Source: Myxococcota bacterium (GTDB taxonomy: Bacteria; Myxococcota_A; Polyangia; Polyangiales; Sandaracinaceae). From it: 64,000 nucleotides of DNA. The stretch spans positions 27,852 through 91,851 of the forward strand of contig JAYZQJ010000149.1 in NCBI GenBank assembly GCA_036149055.1, in the 5' to 3' direction. How positions within the stretch are numbered: position 1 is the first letter of the stretch; every line of letters begins with the position of its first letter. Positions 41,582-53,912 of the stretch are shown here, one piece after another. The notes beneath the pieces were generated by a model. It had not been told where the DNA came from, made no database searches, and worked only from the letters and a program-made list of their open reading frames with translations. Position numbers and translations under genes: made by a program.

Positions 41582-43495
41582 ATGCAGCCGGCGCGCGCCA
41601 TCAAGACCTTCGGCAAATACCTCCTGGACGAGGAGATCGCGCGCGGTGGCATGTCGCGGGTCTACCTCGGTCGGCTGCGCGGGCTGGGCGGGTTCGAGAA
41701 GCGGCTGGTGGTCAAGCAGGTGCTGCCCGAGCTGGCGAGCGACCCGCGCTTCGTCTCGATGTTCGTCACCGAGGCCAAGACCCTCGTCCAGATGAGCCAC
41801 CCGCACATCGCGCCGGTCTACGAGCTCGGCGTGGTCGACGGCGTGTACTTCCTCGCGATGGAGTACGTGGAGGGCGCGACGCTCTCCGAGATCCTCGAGC
41901 ACGGCCCGCTCGCCGCCGGGCAGGTCGCGCACCTCGGCGTCGAGATCGCCGACGCGCTCCACTACGCCCACACCCGCTTCGACATCGTGCACCGCGACGT
42001 CACCCCGCGGAACGTCATCGTCGACTCGGCCGGGCACTCGCGGCTGCTCGACTTCGGCATCGCGGCGCCGGTGGAGGACGCGGAGGGCGAGCTCTTCGGC
42101 ACCCCCGGCTATCTGTCGCCCGAGCAGCTCGAGGCGGGCGCGCTCGACGGCCGGGCCGACGTGTTCTCGCTCGGGGCGGTGCTCTTCGAGGCGGTGACCG
42201 GCCGCCGCGCGTTCCCGGCGATGACGGTCGAGGAGGCGCGGGCCGCGCTCGCCGAGGACGCGACCTTCGACGACGACGACGAGACGCCGGCCGGGCTGCG
42301 CGCGATCGTCGAGCGCGCGATGGCCCGCGACGCGTCGCTGCGCTTCGGCACCGCCCGCGAGCTCGGCCGCGCGCTCCGCGGCTGGCTCGCCTCCCACGCC
42401 CCGGAGGGCGTCGCTCCCGAGCTCGGCCTGCGCGCCGAGCGCGCCGAGGCCACCCGCGAGGCCCGCCTCTCGAACGGCGACTCGCTCCCCTCGCTGCCCT
42501 CCGCCGCCGAGGTGAAGACCCTCGCCACCAGCCGCCTGCTCGACGACATGCTCGAGCCCGCCCCCAAGGACTCCGGCACCGTCCGCATCGTCCGTCCGTC
42601 CGATCCCGGCACGCTCCCCCTCGATCGGAAGGGCGACGGGGCCGCCGAGGATCTCTCGCAGAGGCGCAGAGGCGCAGAGATGGGGCGGGTCGCCGACTCG
42701 ACCGGCGAGGCTGCGGACGACCTCCTCGACGATCGTGAGGGCGACGGGGCCGCCGAGGATCTCTCGCAGAGGCGCAGAGGCGCAGAGATGGGTCGGGTCG
42801 CCGACGAGGAGGGCGGGGCGGACTCGGCGGCGATCTCGGACTCGGTCTCGGATTCTGATTCGGTCTCGGATTCGGATTCGGCGGCGGTCTCGGATTCGGA
42901 GGCGGTCTCGGATTCGGCTGCGGTCTCGGATTCGGCTGCGGTCTCGGATCCGGAGGCGGTCACGGCCGCGGTGTCCGACCGGGAGCGCCGGCTGCCTCCC
43001 TGGGTCTTCGCCTTCGCCGGGCTGGCGTTCGGGTCGTTCGTCGCCTGGCTCGTCTGGCCCACGCCGCCGGCTCCCAGGGCGCGCCCGGTCGAGACGAACG
43101 CGCCCCCGATCGAGCCGCCGCCCGAGCCCGCGCCGAGCGCGGTCGAGGCCCCGGCCGAGGTCGAGGCAGAGACCGAGGCAGAGATCGCGACGGAGCCCCC
43201 GGTCGAGGCGCCGCCCGAGCCGGAGCCGACGCCTCCGGAGCCGGTGGTCGAGGCGCCCGCGGCCCGCGCGACGCTGACGGTCAACGCGGCGCCGTGGGCG
43301 GAGGTGCTGCTCGACGGGCGCCCGATCGGCAACACGCCGCAGCGCAACGTCTCGATCCGCGCCGGGCGTCACACCATCGTGTTTCGGAACCCGGCCCTCG
43401 CGAACGGCGAGGCCCGCGCCACCTTCGACGCGCAGGGCGCGGTCACGGTGATCGCGGACCTCAACGCGAGCCCGCCGACGGTCCGGGTGCGCTGA
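41582..43495 (+). CDS. Ser/Thr protein kinase with low-complexity linker, TM helix and PEGA domain
   Basis: GGMSRVY, GFEKRLVVK, HRDVTPRN, DFG, GTPGYLSPE; PWAEVLLDG..IGNTP. Confidence 0.93.
   Translation: MQPARAIKTFGKYLLDEEIARGGMSRVYLGRLRGLGGFEKRLVVKQVLPELASDPRFVSMFVTEAKTLVQMSHPHIAPVYELGVVDGVYFLAMEYVEGATLSEILEHGPLAAGQVAHLGVEIADALHYAHTRFDIVHRDVTPRNVIVDSAGHSRLLDFGIAAPVEDAEGELFGTPGYLSPEQLEAGALDGRADVFSLGAVLFEAVTGRRAFPAMTVEEARAALAEDATFDDDDETPAGLRAIVERAMARDASLRFGTARELGRALRGWLASHAPEGVAPELGLRAERAEATREARLSNGDSLPSLPSAAEVKTLATSRLLDDMLEPAPKDSGTVRIVRPSDPGTLPLDRKGDGAAEDLSQRRRGAEMGRVADSTGEAADDLLDDREGDGAAEDLSQRRRGAEMGRVADEEGGADSAAISDSVSDSDSVSDSDSAAVSDSEAVSDSAAVSDSAAVSDPEAVTAAVSDRERRLPPWVFAFAGLAFGSFVAWLVWPTPPAPRARPVETNAPPIEPPPEPAPSAVEAPAEVEAETEAEIATEPPVEAPPEPEPTPPEPVVEAPAARATLTVNAAPWAEVLLDGRPIGNTPQRNVSIRAGRHTIVFRNPALANGEARATFDAQGAVTVIADLNASPPTVRVR
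42630..42960 (+). repeat. 68-bp direct repeat (42630-42697, 42738-42805) followed by a Ser-Asp microsatellite-like tract inside the kinase gene
   Basis: GDGAAEDLSQRRRGAEMGRVAD occurs twice, 108 bp apart; TCGGAT/TCGGTC repeats at ~42826-42960. Confidence 0.85.
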
Positions 43496-46370
<2,875 letters not shown>

Positions 46371-46486
46371 GGCGGTCTGCCCTCGCGGCGTGACGGCGAG
46401 GGCGCGCTGTGGCGAAAAGGCTGCGCCGCGGACGCGTGAGGTGACCGCGCGCGGCGGCTGGCCCCGGGCGTGCACTGCCCCGCGGC

Positions 46487-47158
46487 ATGCCGACTCGCCT
46501 CCTCGCGCTCTCCGCCTTCGCTCTCCTCGGCTGCTCTCTGGTCGGCTGTGCGGCCGAGCCGCCCGCCCCCGAGACCAGCTCCACCCGCGGCGAGCTCCAC
46601 GCGGCCGGGTTCTTCGTGCACCCGCGCGGCGTCGTCCGGCCCTACTGCCACGGCGTGCTCACCGACGCGCGCTTCGTGCTCACCGCGGAGCGCTGCGTGG
46701 CCACCGCCGACGCCCGGGAGCTGTCGTTCGCGGTCGGCGCCGACGGAGGCTACGAGATGCCGATCGTCGAGCGGACCGACTCGGGCGACGGCCTCGTCCG
46801 GCTGCGCCTCGCCGCCTCGCTCGAGCGCGGTCTGCCGGCCGCCGAGGTGGGCGCCCCGCCGCGCACCGGCGAGACGCTCTCGGTGATCGCCTTCGCTCAC
46901 ACCGCCGAGCCGAGCGCCGCGCCGACCCCGGTCCGCTACCTGGTCGACGTGCGCGAGGTGCGGAACGAGGTCGCGGTCGCCGATCTCCGGCGCGGCGAGC
47001 CGGGCTGCCACGGCGACCTGGGCGCGGCCGTCTTCCGCGCCGGCACCCTGGTCGCGCTGGTGACCGGCACCGAGGAGGGCGGCCCGGCGCACCCGGCCTA
47101 CGAGGGCTGCCGGACGCGGCTGCGCCTCACCCCGATCGCGACCGCGGACGTCAGATGA
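46487..47158 (+). CDS. Trypsin-like (S1) lipoprotein lacking catalytic residues
   Basis: YCHGVL...VLTAERC (normally TAAHC) and CHGDLGA (normally GDSGG); LVGC lipobox. Confidence 0.7.
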   Translation: MPTRLLALSAFALLGCSLVGCAAEPPAPETSSTRGELHAAGFFVHPRGVVRPYCHGVLTDARFVLTAERCVATADARELSFAVGADGGYEMPIVERTDSGDGLVRLRLAASLERGLPAAEVGAPPRTGETLSVIAFAHTAEPSAAPTPVRYLVDVREVRNEVAVADLRRGEPGCHGDLGAAVFRAGTLVALVTGTEEGGPAHPAYEGCRTRLRLTPIATADVR

Positions 47159-47843
47159 TCGAGCCGACCGCGCGCACGGTGACGTTCACGCTCGTCCGGA
47201 TCTCGCCCGCGGGGAACGGGTCACCCGGGTCGAGGTCGACCACCGTCTGGGCGAAGAAGCGCACGCGGCGCCCGCGATCGACCAGGTAGTCGCTGAGCTC
47301 CTGCGCGCCGGCCGCGTCGATCTGGACCTGCCCGCTCGGGGTCTCGCCCGCGCCGATCGCCGGCACCACGCCGAGCCGCCGCACGCCCAGCTCCGGGTCG
47401 ATCGCGGTGGCCGCCTCGGGGCCCCAGAAGATCTCCACCTCGTTCACCGGGAAGGTGAGCGTGTTGAGCGGGACCTCGTAGCGGATCTCCTCGAAGGTGT
47501 AGCTGTCGACGCTCGCGATGACCTCGCGGGTCTCGCTCAGCAGCTCGTCGACGTCGATCACCCCGCCGACCGGCGCCGACACGGTCTTGGGCGCGGGATC
47601 GCACGCGCCGGCCTCGCAGGTCAGCGTCACCGTCTCGGTGGGCGGGCACATGCCCATCGGCCCGCAGGGCACGCTCCGGATGTTCCCGTCGTCGTCGCGG
47701 AAGGCGGTGGGCAGGTCGAGCTCGGAGGTGTCGACCTGGAACTCCTGCGGGCCCGTGGCGAAGACGACGCTGATGGTGCCGTCGCAGCTCGTCCCGAGAG
47801 TGAGCATCGCCCCGGCGAGGACGAGTGAAGCGAAGAAGCGCAT
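47151..47843 (-). CDS. Hypothetical lipoprotein
   Basis: Signal peptide ending GTSC, small 4-Cys insert, GC3-biased codons. Confidence 0.65.
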   Translation of the reverse strand: MRFFASLVLAGAMLTLGTSCDGTISVVFATGPQEFQVDTSELDLPTAFRDDDGNIRSVPCGPMGMCPPTETVTLTCEAGACDPAPKTVSAPVGGVIDVDELLSETREVIASVDSYTFEEIRYEVPLNTLTFPVNEVEIFWGPEAATAIDPELGVRRLGVVPAIGAGETPSGQVQIDAAGAQELSDYLVDRGRRVRFFAQTVVDLDPGDPFPAGEIRTSVNVTVRAVGSII

Positions 47844-47861
47844 GAGGGGAGAGTAGCAGCG

Positions 47862-48998
47862 TCAGCCGCTCCGCTGCCTGCGGCGTCGCCACGCGACGAA
47901 GCGATGCCACGACAGCGTGACCCCGGTGAACCCGAGGACCGCGCCGCCGACGCTCACGAGGGCGGCGAGCGCCATGCCGAGGAGACCGAACATCTCGCCG
48001 GTGTGGCCGAAGCGGATGACGCCGCGGATCCGGCGCGCGCTCGGCTCGTCCTCCCAGGGCGTGCGGCGGACGAGCTCCAGGGTGCGCCGGTCGACCTCGT
48101 AGCTCACCCGGTGCTGCGGCTGGCGCCCGTTGCCGTGGTCGGCGGTGATCACGACCGAGCTCTCGGCGTCGCCCGGCACGGTGAGGGTGAGCTGCCGCCA
48201 GTCCGGCTCGCGCGCGACCACCCGCGCCACCGCCGCGTCGACCCCGGTGAGGCGCGCGGCGAGCGACGCGTCCTCGTCCGCCGGGCGCGACGCGGGGCGC
48301 GCCGAGGCCTCCGTCTCGCCGCCGAGCGCGACCAGCCCGTCGCGGACCCAGGCGTAGGCGATGCCCGCGCCGGTCACCGCGAGGAAGAGGAGCGGCAGCG
48401 ACAGCCAGAGGCCGAGCACGTGGTGCCAGTTGTGGTCGCGCGCCTTTCCGGTCTTGCCGCGGCGGAACCAGAAGATCGGGCGCACGCTCGACCAGCGCCA
48501 GCGGCGCGGCACCCAGAGCACCAGCCCGGTGAGCACGAGGGCGACGAAGCCGAGCGTCGCCGCTCCGACCACCGCCTTGCCGACGCCCCGCGCCCCGCCC
48601 TCGAGCGCGAACCAGCGATGCACCTCCATCACGCCGTGGAAGAAGCCGCGCACGCCGACCGCGCCGCCGCCGAGGGAGGCCCCGGTGAAGGGATCGAAGA
48701 CCACCCGGCGACGGCTGACGCTCGCGACCACCGGATCCGCCGGATCGCGCCCGAGCGTGAGGTGGCTCGGCGCGCGATCCCCGAGCCCGGCCTCGAGGTG
48801 CGGCGCGAGCGCCTCGAGGGACAGCGGCGCGGCGCCGGGAGCGGGCGAAGAGACGAGCTGCCGATCCGCCCAGCGGGTGACGGGCAGCTCCGCCGCGAGC
48901 AGCGCCCCGGTGACGCACAGCATGATCACCACCAGGGACGCGGCGACGCCGATCACGAGGTGGAGCCAGAACAGCGCGGGGCGGAGACGACGGAGCAC
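47862..48998 (-). CDS. PepSY-associated TM helix protein (PiuB-like, iron-uptake related)
   Basis: FWLHLVIG, CVTG, FDPFTG, EVHRW, LTGLVLW.P, NWHHVLG, FGHTGE. Confidence 0.9.
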   Translation of the reverse strand: MLRRLRPALFWLHLVIGVAASLVVIMLCVTGALLAAELPVTRWADRQLVSSPAPGAAPLSLEALAPHLEAGLGDRAPSHLTLGRDPADPVVASVSRRRVVFDPFTGASLGGGAVGVRGFFHGVMEVHRWFALEGGARGVGKAVVGAATLGFVALVLTGLVLWVPRRWRWSSVRPIFWFRRGKTGKARDHNWHHVLGLWLSLPLLFLAVTGAGIAYAWVRDGLVALGGETEASARPASRPADEDASLAARLTGVDAAVARVVAREPDWRQLTLTVPGDAESSVVITADHGNGRQPQHRVSYEVDRRTLELVRRTPWEDEPSARRIRGVIRFGHTGEMFGLLGMALAALVSVGGAVLGFTGVTLSWHRFVAWRRRRQRSG

Positions 48999-49019
48999 GC
49001 GCCGGGTTCCTGGCGCCTC

Positions 49020-49039
49020 TGAAAGTGATTGTCAATGTC
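49020..49039. promoter_or_regulatory. Fur-box-like operator upstream of the PepSY-TM gene
   Basis: TGAAAGTGATTGTCA matches the 7-1-7 TGATAATnATTATCA at 11/14 positions; overlaps a minus-strand TTGACA at 49030-49035. Confidence 0.6.
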
Positions 49040-49108
49040 GAGCCAGCCGCGCGGTGCTAGGCCGCTTCCCGCTGCGCGCGGCTCCCGCTGCCGGTAGGCT
49101 TCGCCGCC

Positions 49109-50029
49109 ATGACACGCGTCTGCTCGGTCTGGCTCTCGCTCCTCCTCGTCGCCTGCGGCGCCGCCGATCCCGGCGCCTCCGACGGCGCCACCGATCCGCC
49201 CGCGAGCGACGCCGGCGCCGAGGACGCGGGCCCGCCCCCGCGCACCACCGCGCCGACGCTCCCCGAGCCGACCGGCGCGTGCCCGGAGACCTTCGCCAAC
49301 GGCCGGGTCACCGTGTCGCCCGAGGGCATCGCCCCGCGCGAGGTGCAGGTCTGGATCGGCGACGCGGCGGCGGACCTGGACGGACCGCTGGTCTTCTACT
49401 GGCACGGGACCGGCAGCCGCCCGGAGGAGGCCGAGTACGGCCTGGGCCCGGACACCATGGAGGCGATCCTCGCCGCCGGCGGCATGGTGGTCGCGCCGAT
49501 CCGCGATCCCGAGGCCGGCGACTTCCCCTGGTACCTCACCGCGGGCACCGGGGACGACGACCTGCGGGTGGCCGACGAGGTGGTGGCGTGCGCGATGGAG
49601 ACGGTCGGCATCGACCCGATGCGCATCCACAGCATCGGCATGAGCGCCGGCGGCCTCCACACCACCCAGATGGGCTACCGCCGCTCGAGCTACATCGCGA
49701 GCGTGGTCGCCTACTCGGGCGGGCTGTACCTGCCGCGCCTGCCCCCCATCGAGGATCCGGCCAACCGCTTCTCGGCCCTGATGTTCCACGGCGGCGAGAG
49801 CGACGTGGTGATCATCGGCTTCGAGGACGCCACCGAGCGCTACCACGCCGATCTCACCGCGCGCGGCCACGTGGCCTTCATCTGCGACCACGGCAGCGGC
49901 CACACCATCCCCACCGCGGCCCGCGCCTCGGTCTGGGCCTTCTTCCAGGCCCACCCGTTCGGGGCGGAGTCGCCTTGGTCCGAGGGGCTGCCCGCCGACT
50001 TCTACGCGCCCTGCGGGCTCACGCCCTGA
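49109..50029 (+). CDS. Alpha/beta-hydrolase lipoprotein (PHB depolymerase/esterase-like)
   Basis: LVAC lipobox, PLVFYWHG, GMSAGG nucleophile, HGG..D, GH. Confidence 0.8.
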   Translation: MTRVCSVWLSLLLVACGAADPGASDGATDPPASDAGAEDAGPPPRTTAPTLPEPTGACPETFANGRVTVSPEGIAPREVQVWIGDAAADLDGPLVFYWHGTGSRPEEAEYGLGPDTMEAILAAGGMVVAPIRDPEAGDFPWYLTAGTGDDDLRVADEVVACAMETVGIDPMRIHSIGMSAGGLHTTQMGYRRSSYIASVVAYSGGLYLPRLPPIEDPANRFSALMFHGGESDVVIIGFEDATERYHADLTARGHVAFICDHGSGHTIPTAARASVWAFFQAHPFGAESPWSEGLPADFYAPCGLTP

Positions 50030-50032
50030 CGT

Positions 50033-51253
50033 TCACCGCCCGCCGGGGAGGTACTGCGGCGGGAGGACGAGCACCGGATCGACGGGGCCGGGGCCCTGCG
50101 GCTGGGCGGCGACGAGGATCGCGGTGAGGGCGCCGATCGCGATCGCGCCCGCGCCGACCCAGAGCCACCAGCGCTCGTACCACTCGGGCTCGGGCGGCGG
50201 GGGCGGCTCGAAGGGGATCTCCGCGAGCCACTCGAGCGAGCGCTCCTGCGGCGCGGCCGACGGCGGGGCCGAGAGCGCGACCGGCGCGTCGCCGGTGTAG
50301 CGCCGCGCCGGGTCGCAGCGCTCGGCGTCGCAGCGGAGGGCCACCGCGCGGTCGAGCGGCCCCCGGCCCGCCCACAGGAGCCAGACCTCGGGCGAGCCCG
50401 CCTCGTCGGTCAGGGAGGCGAGCGCGGCCAGCGCGGCGACCACCGCCTCCGGCTCTCCCGCGCGCGCCGCCGCCTCCACCCGGCGCGCCGCGGCGAGCTC
50501 ACGGGTCGGCGAGAGCTGCACGCTCAGCGCCGGGCGCTCGCCCTCGAGCACCTGGACCACGCGCGCCCACGGGCGGTGGCCCGGCGCCTCCACCCGGAGC
50601 ACGTGCAGCCCGACCGGCGCGGTGAGCGTGCGGGGCAGCGCGCCGATCGTGCGGTCGTCGAGCATGACCACCGCGCCGTCGACGTCCGAGCGCACCTCGA
50701 AGCGACCGCGCGGGCCGGTCACCGCGGCGCGCCGGATCTGCCTCGCCCGCTCCACCACCTCGGGCCGCGCCTCCGCGACCTGCACGTCGCGTTGCGGATC
50801 CACCGAGGCCGCGCGCCGCAGCGCCGCGCCGCTCAGCCCGTCCATGCCCGCCTGGGCGGCGGTGATCGCGATCGCGAGCTGCACCTCCGCGTACCAGTCG
50901 CTCATGCCCGGCACGTCGAGGTGCTGCTCGGCGAGCCGCTCGGCGCGGGTGAGGATGCCGAGGGCGTCGCGCTCCTGCAGGCTGGCGGTCGCGTGACGGG
51001 CGCGGATCAGCAGGGTCTCGATGAGCGAGAGCACCTCGAGGCGCTCGGGGGACACGCGCCCGATCGGCGCCCGGTCGCGCGCCCAGGCCTCGAGCGTGGT
51101 CGGCGCCTCGAGCTCGGACTCGAGGCGTCGCTGCCAGCGGCGCCAGGCCAGCTCGGGCGCGCCGTCGTCCACCACCACCACCGCCGCCGGCTGGGCGCTC
51201 GCCGCCGCCGGGATCAGGGAGAGGATCAAGGTGAGCACGAGCCGCGCGCGCAT
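50033..51253 (-). CDS. PEGA-domain membrane-anchored protein
   Basis: Signal peptide; SDVDGAVVMLDD..G.LP...GLHVLRVEAPG; C-terminal WYERWWLW and TM helix. Confidence 0.8.
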   Translation of the reverse strand: MRARLVLTLILSLIPAAASAQPAAVVVVDDGAPELAWRRWQRRLESELEAPTTLEAWARDRAPIGRVSPERLEVLSLIETLLIRARHATASLQERDALGILTRAERLAEQHLDVPGMSDWYAEVQLAIAITAAQAGMDGLSGAALRRAASVDPQRDVQVAEARPEVVERARQIRRAAVTGPRGRFEVRSDVDGAVVMLDDRTIGALPRTLTAPVGLHVLRVEAPGHRPWARVVQVLEGERPALSVQLSPTRELAAARRVEAAARAGEPEAVVAALAALASLTDEAGSPEVWLLWAGRGPLDRAVALRCDAERCDPARRYTGDAPVALSAPPSAAPQERSLEWLAEIPFEPPPPPEPEWYERWWLWVGAGAIAIGALTAILVAAQPQGPGPVDPVLVLPPQYLPGGR

Positions 51254-51277
51254 CGCGCCGCGTACCGTATCAGCGCC

Positions 51278-52435
51278 TCACGCCGCGCGGGAGATCCGCG
51301 CCACCCGCGCCAGGAGCTGCCGCGCGCGGTGTCCCCAGGTGTGCGCCTCGAGGGTGCGCGCCCGGGCCGCCTCCACCATCGCCTCGCGCGCCGCCTCGTC
51401 GGCGAGGAGCGCCTCGATCCGGGCCCGCGCGGCGTCGGGGTCGTCGATGGCGAACGGCGCGTGCGCGCCCGGGTACTCGCTCGCGAGCCAGGCGTTCTCG
51501 TTCACCACCAGGGCGCTGCCGTTGGCCAGCGACGCGAAGTAGCGCTCGGAGGCGCCGTGGGCGTGCACCGGCTGCACGCAGAGGGTGACCTTCGCGCGCG
51601 AGACCATCTCCTCGTAGACGTAGTAGGGGACCGCGGGCCGGGTCCGCCAGCGGGCCCCGGGCACGAGCCGATCCCAGCCGTCGCCGACCACCGTCAGCGG
51701 CAGGTCCGAGAGCGCGCGGAGCACGGCCAGGCGGCGGCGCGCGCGCACGAAGCGGTTCATCGGGCCGAGCGTCATCGCCTCGAGGCGCTGGAGCGCCTGA
51801 TGTGCGCCCACGCCGGCCTCGGCGCAGGACTCGCGGAAGACGTCGCGGAGCGGCCGGGTCAGATCGGACTCCCAGCGCTCGCAGGCCTGCCGCATCAGCT
51901 CGGCCACGCCGGGCCCGATGCTCCTGGACCAGCCCGCGGCCATCGGCTCCGGGTCCTGGATGCTGCCGGCGAAGAAGACCTCGAGGTCGCGATCGGCGCC
52001 GCGCACCCGCGGAAGCACGCGCCCGGCGAGGGGCACCGTCTCGGCGTGCGGCAGGCCCATCGCCCGCGCCTCGGCGGTGGAGCGGTCGTTGGTCCAGACG
52101 GTGCGCACGTGCGGCGCCCGGAGCGCGCTGGCCCAGGCCGACTGGTAGTAGGGCTCGTCCACCATCCAGCTGGTGAGCGGCGCCCCGCCCAGCGGGCCTC
52201 CGTCCGGCGCGCGCAGCTCGGCGCCGTCGAGGTTGAACGAGAGCACCAGGTCCGGCTCGAACCGGCTCAGGGCCTCGACGAGCCGCGGGTCGGCGCCCTT
52301 GGCGAGGTCGAGCTCGACCGCGACGCAGCCCTCGTCCTCGAAGGCCATCTTCATCGCGTCGACGAAGCAGCGGAGGTGATCGTAGTTGCACGCGCCCTTG
52401 ATGAGGGCGACGCGCGGCGGGCGGGCATCTTCCAT
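51278..52435 (-). CDS. CgeB/DUF3880-like glycosyltransferase (Glyco_trans_1_2)
   Basis: WMVDEP, FAGS, VVGDGW, HGASERYF, HTWGHRA. Confidence 0.8.
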   Translation of the reverse strand: MEDARPPRVALIKGACNYDHLRCFVDAMKMAFEDEGCVAVELDLAKGADPRLVEALSRFEPDLVLSFNLDGAELRAPDGGPLGGAPLTSWMVDEPYYQSAWASALRAPHVRTVWTNDRSTAEARAMGLPHAETVPLAGRVLPRVRGADRDLEVFFAGSIQDPEPMAAGWSRSIGPGVAELMRQACERWESDLTRPLRDVFRESCAEAGVGAHQALQRLEAMTLGPMNRFVRARRRLAVLRALSDLPLTVVGDGWDRLVPGARWRTRPAVPYYVYEEMVSRAKVTLCVQPVHAHGASERYFASLANGSALVVNENAWLASEYPGAHAPFAIDDPDAARARIEALLADEAAREAMVEAARARTLEAHTWGHRARQLLARVARISRAA

Positions 52436-52458
52436 GACTTCCCCCGACGAAACGGTTC

Positions 52459-52519
52459 TTCAGATCCGGCGATGAGCCGCCGTTGAGGGACCTGAACGGA
52501 GCGGCCGCGGGCTTCTGAA
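52459..52519. promoter_or_regulatory. Two opposed copies of a sigma28-like promoter motif
   Basis: Plus strand TTCAG-N15-GCCGTT (52459-52484); minus strand TTCAG-N14-TCCGTT (52519-52495). Confidence 0.45.
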
Positions 52520-52550
52520 CCCGCCGGTCGTGTGTCGGGAGGACACGAAC

Positions 52551-53912
52551 ATGGAAGAGCTTCGCGTAGCCGTCGTCGGAGGCGGCGCCTCCGGTCTGTC
52601 GGCGGCCCGGCTGCTCGCGCGCGCCGGCGCCCGGGTCACGGTGGTCGACGCATCCGCCGCCCCGGGCGGGGCCTGGAACCACCTGGAGGCCGAGGTCGAG
52701 GGCCAGCCGGTCGAGCTCGATCGCGGCGTCCGCCTCGCGATCGGCAGCGGCGACCCGGCCCTCGACGCGGCGATCTACGGTGAGCTGCCCGGGCTCTCGT
52801 GGCACCGGATCGACGGCTTCCCGAACGAGGGGCACGTCTTCGCGGGGCGCCTCCACCTCGAGAGCCCCTGCCCGGATCTGCGCCGCCACCCGGGGCGCGC
52901 GCGCCTGATCGCGGAGCTGCGCGACGCCAGCGCAGGAGGCGAGGCGCTCCTCGGCCACCTGACCGCCCGCTACGGCCCGACGATCGCGGAGGCGGTGCAC
53001 CGGCCGTTCCTCCGCAAGGTGCTGGGCGCCGAGCTCGAGCAGCTCGCGCCGCGGGCCGAGCGCTCCTTCGTGCCGCAGCGGCTGATCGTCGCCGACGCCG
53101 AGGAGACCGACGCGCTGCGCCGGACCGAGGCGCTGCGGGATCGGGTCGCCCATCCGTCGGCCCGCGACCTGAAGCCGCCGGGGCGCCTCTACCTCTACCC
53201 GTCACGCGGCGGCATCGGCCGCTGGATCCAGGCGACGGTGCGCGACCTCGAGGCGCGCGGGGTGCGCTTCCACCGGGGGCGGGTCACCGAGCTGTCCTGC
53301 GACGGCCACGCGGTGCGGGCGCTCCACGTCGACGACGGCGCGCGGCTCCCGGTCGACGCCCTGGTCTGGGCCTCGCCGGTCCCCCTGCTCGCCCGGGCCG
53401 CCGGGCTCACGCTGCCGGCCGCGCGGCCGAGCTTCCGCGATCTGGCGGTGGTGCACCTCGCCTTCGATCGCGAGCCCTCGACCGACCTCGCCTACTGCAC
53501 CTTCTTCGACGAGGCCGAGCGGACCCACCGCGTCGCCTTCTACCGAGAGGTGCGCCCCGAGGCGACGCCGCTCGAGCGCCGCATGGCGACGGCGGAGATC
53601 GTGCTCGACCCCGAGGCGAGCGAGGCCGGGCTCGAGGAGACGGTGGCGGGCGAGCTGCGCGCCGCGGGGCTGGTCCCGGCGGAGGCGGCGGTGACCTGGA
53701 GCCGGGTCGAGCGCTTCGCGCGGGTCTTCCCGGTCCCGACGCCCGCGCTCGCGGAGGCCTCGGAGGCCTGCCGCGCGACGTGCGATCGCTGGTCCAACGT
53801 GGGCCTGGTCGGGCGCACCGACGACGCCCCCTTCCTCGACGGCATCCTCCGGGGCTGCGAGGCCGAGGTGGAGCGGCTGCTCGAGGCGGCCGCGGTGGGA
53901 GCGGCCGCGTGA
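52551..53912 (+). CDS. FAD-dependent oxidoreductase (HemY/UDP-galactopyranose mutase-like fold)
   Basis: VAVVGGGASGLSAA Rossmann motif, YP..GG, LVGR; GGAGG RBS. Confidence 0.8.
   Translation: MEELRVAVVGGGASGLSAARLLARAGARVTVVDASAAPGGAWNHLEAEVEGQPVELDRGVRLAIGSGDPALDAAIYGELPGLSWHRIDGFPNEGHVFAGRLHLESPCPDLRRHPGRARLIAELRDASAGGEALLGHLTARYGPTIAEAVHRPFLRKVLGAELEQLAPRAERSFVPQRLIVADAEETDALRRTEALRDRVAHPSARDLKPPGRLYLYPSRGGIGRWIQATVRDLEARGVRFHRGRVTELSCDGHAVRALHVDDGARLPVDALVWASPVPLLARAAGLTLPAARPSFRDLAVVHLAFDREPSTDLAYCTFFDEAERTHRVAFYREVRPEATPLERRMATAEIVLDPEASEAGLEETVAGELRAAGLVPAEAAVTWSRVERFARVFPVPTPALAEASEACRATCDRWSNVGLVGRTDDAPFLDGILRGCEAEVERLLEAAAVGAAA

Noticed and set aside
39704..43372. 1222-aa minus-strand ORF
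   Set aside because: The upstream half is antisense to the kinase; the real gene begins at the lipoprotein signal at 41554
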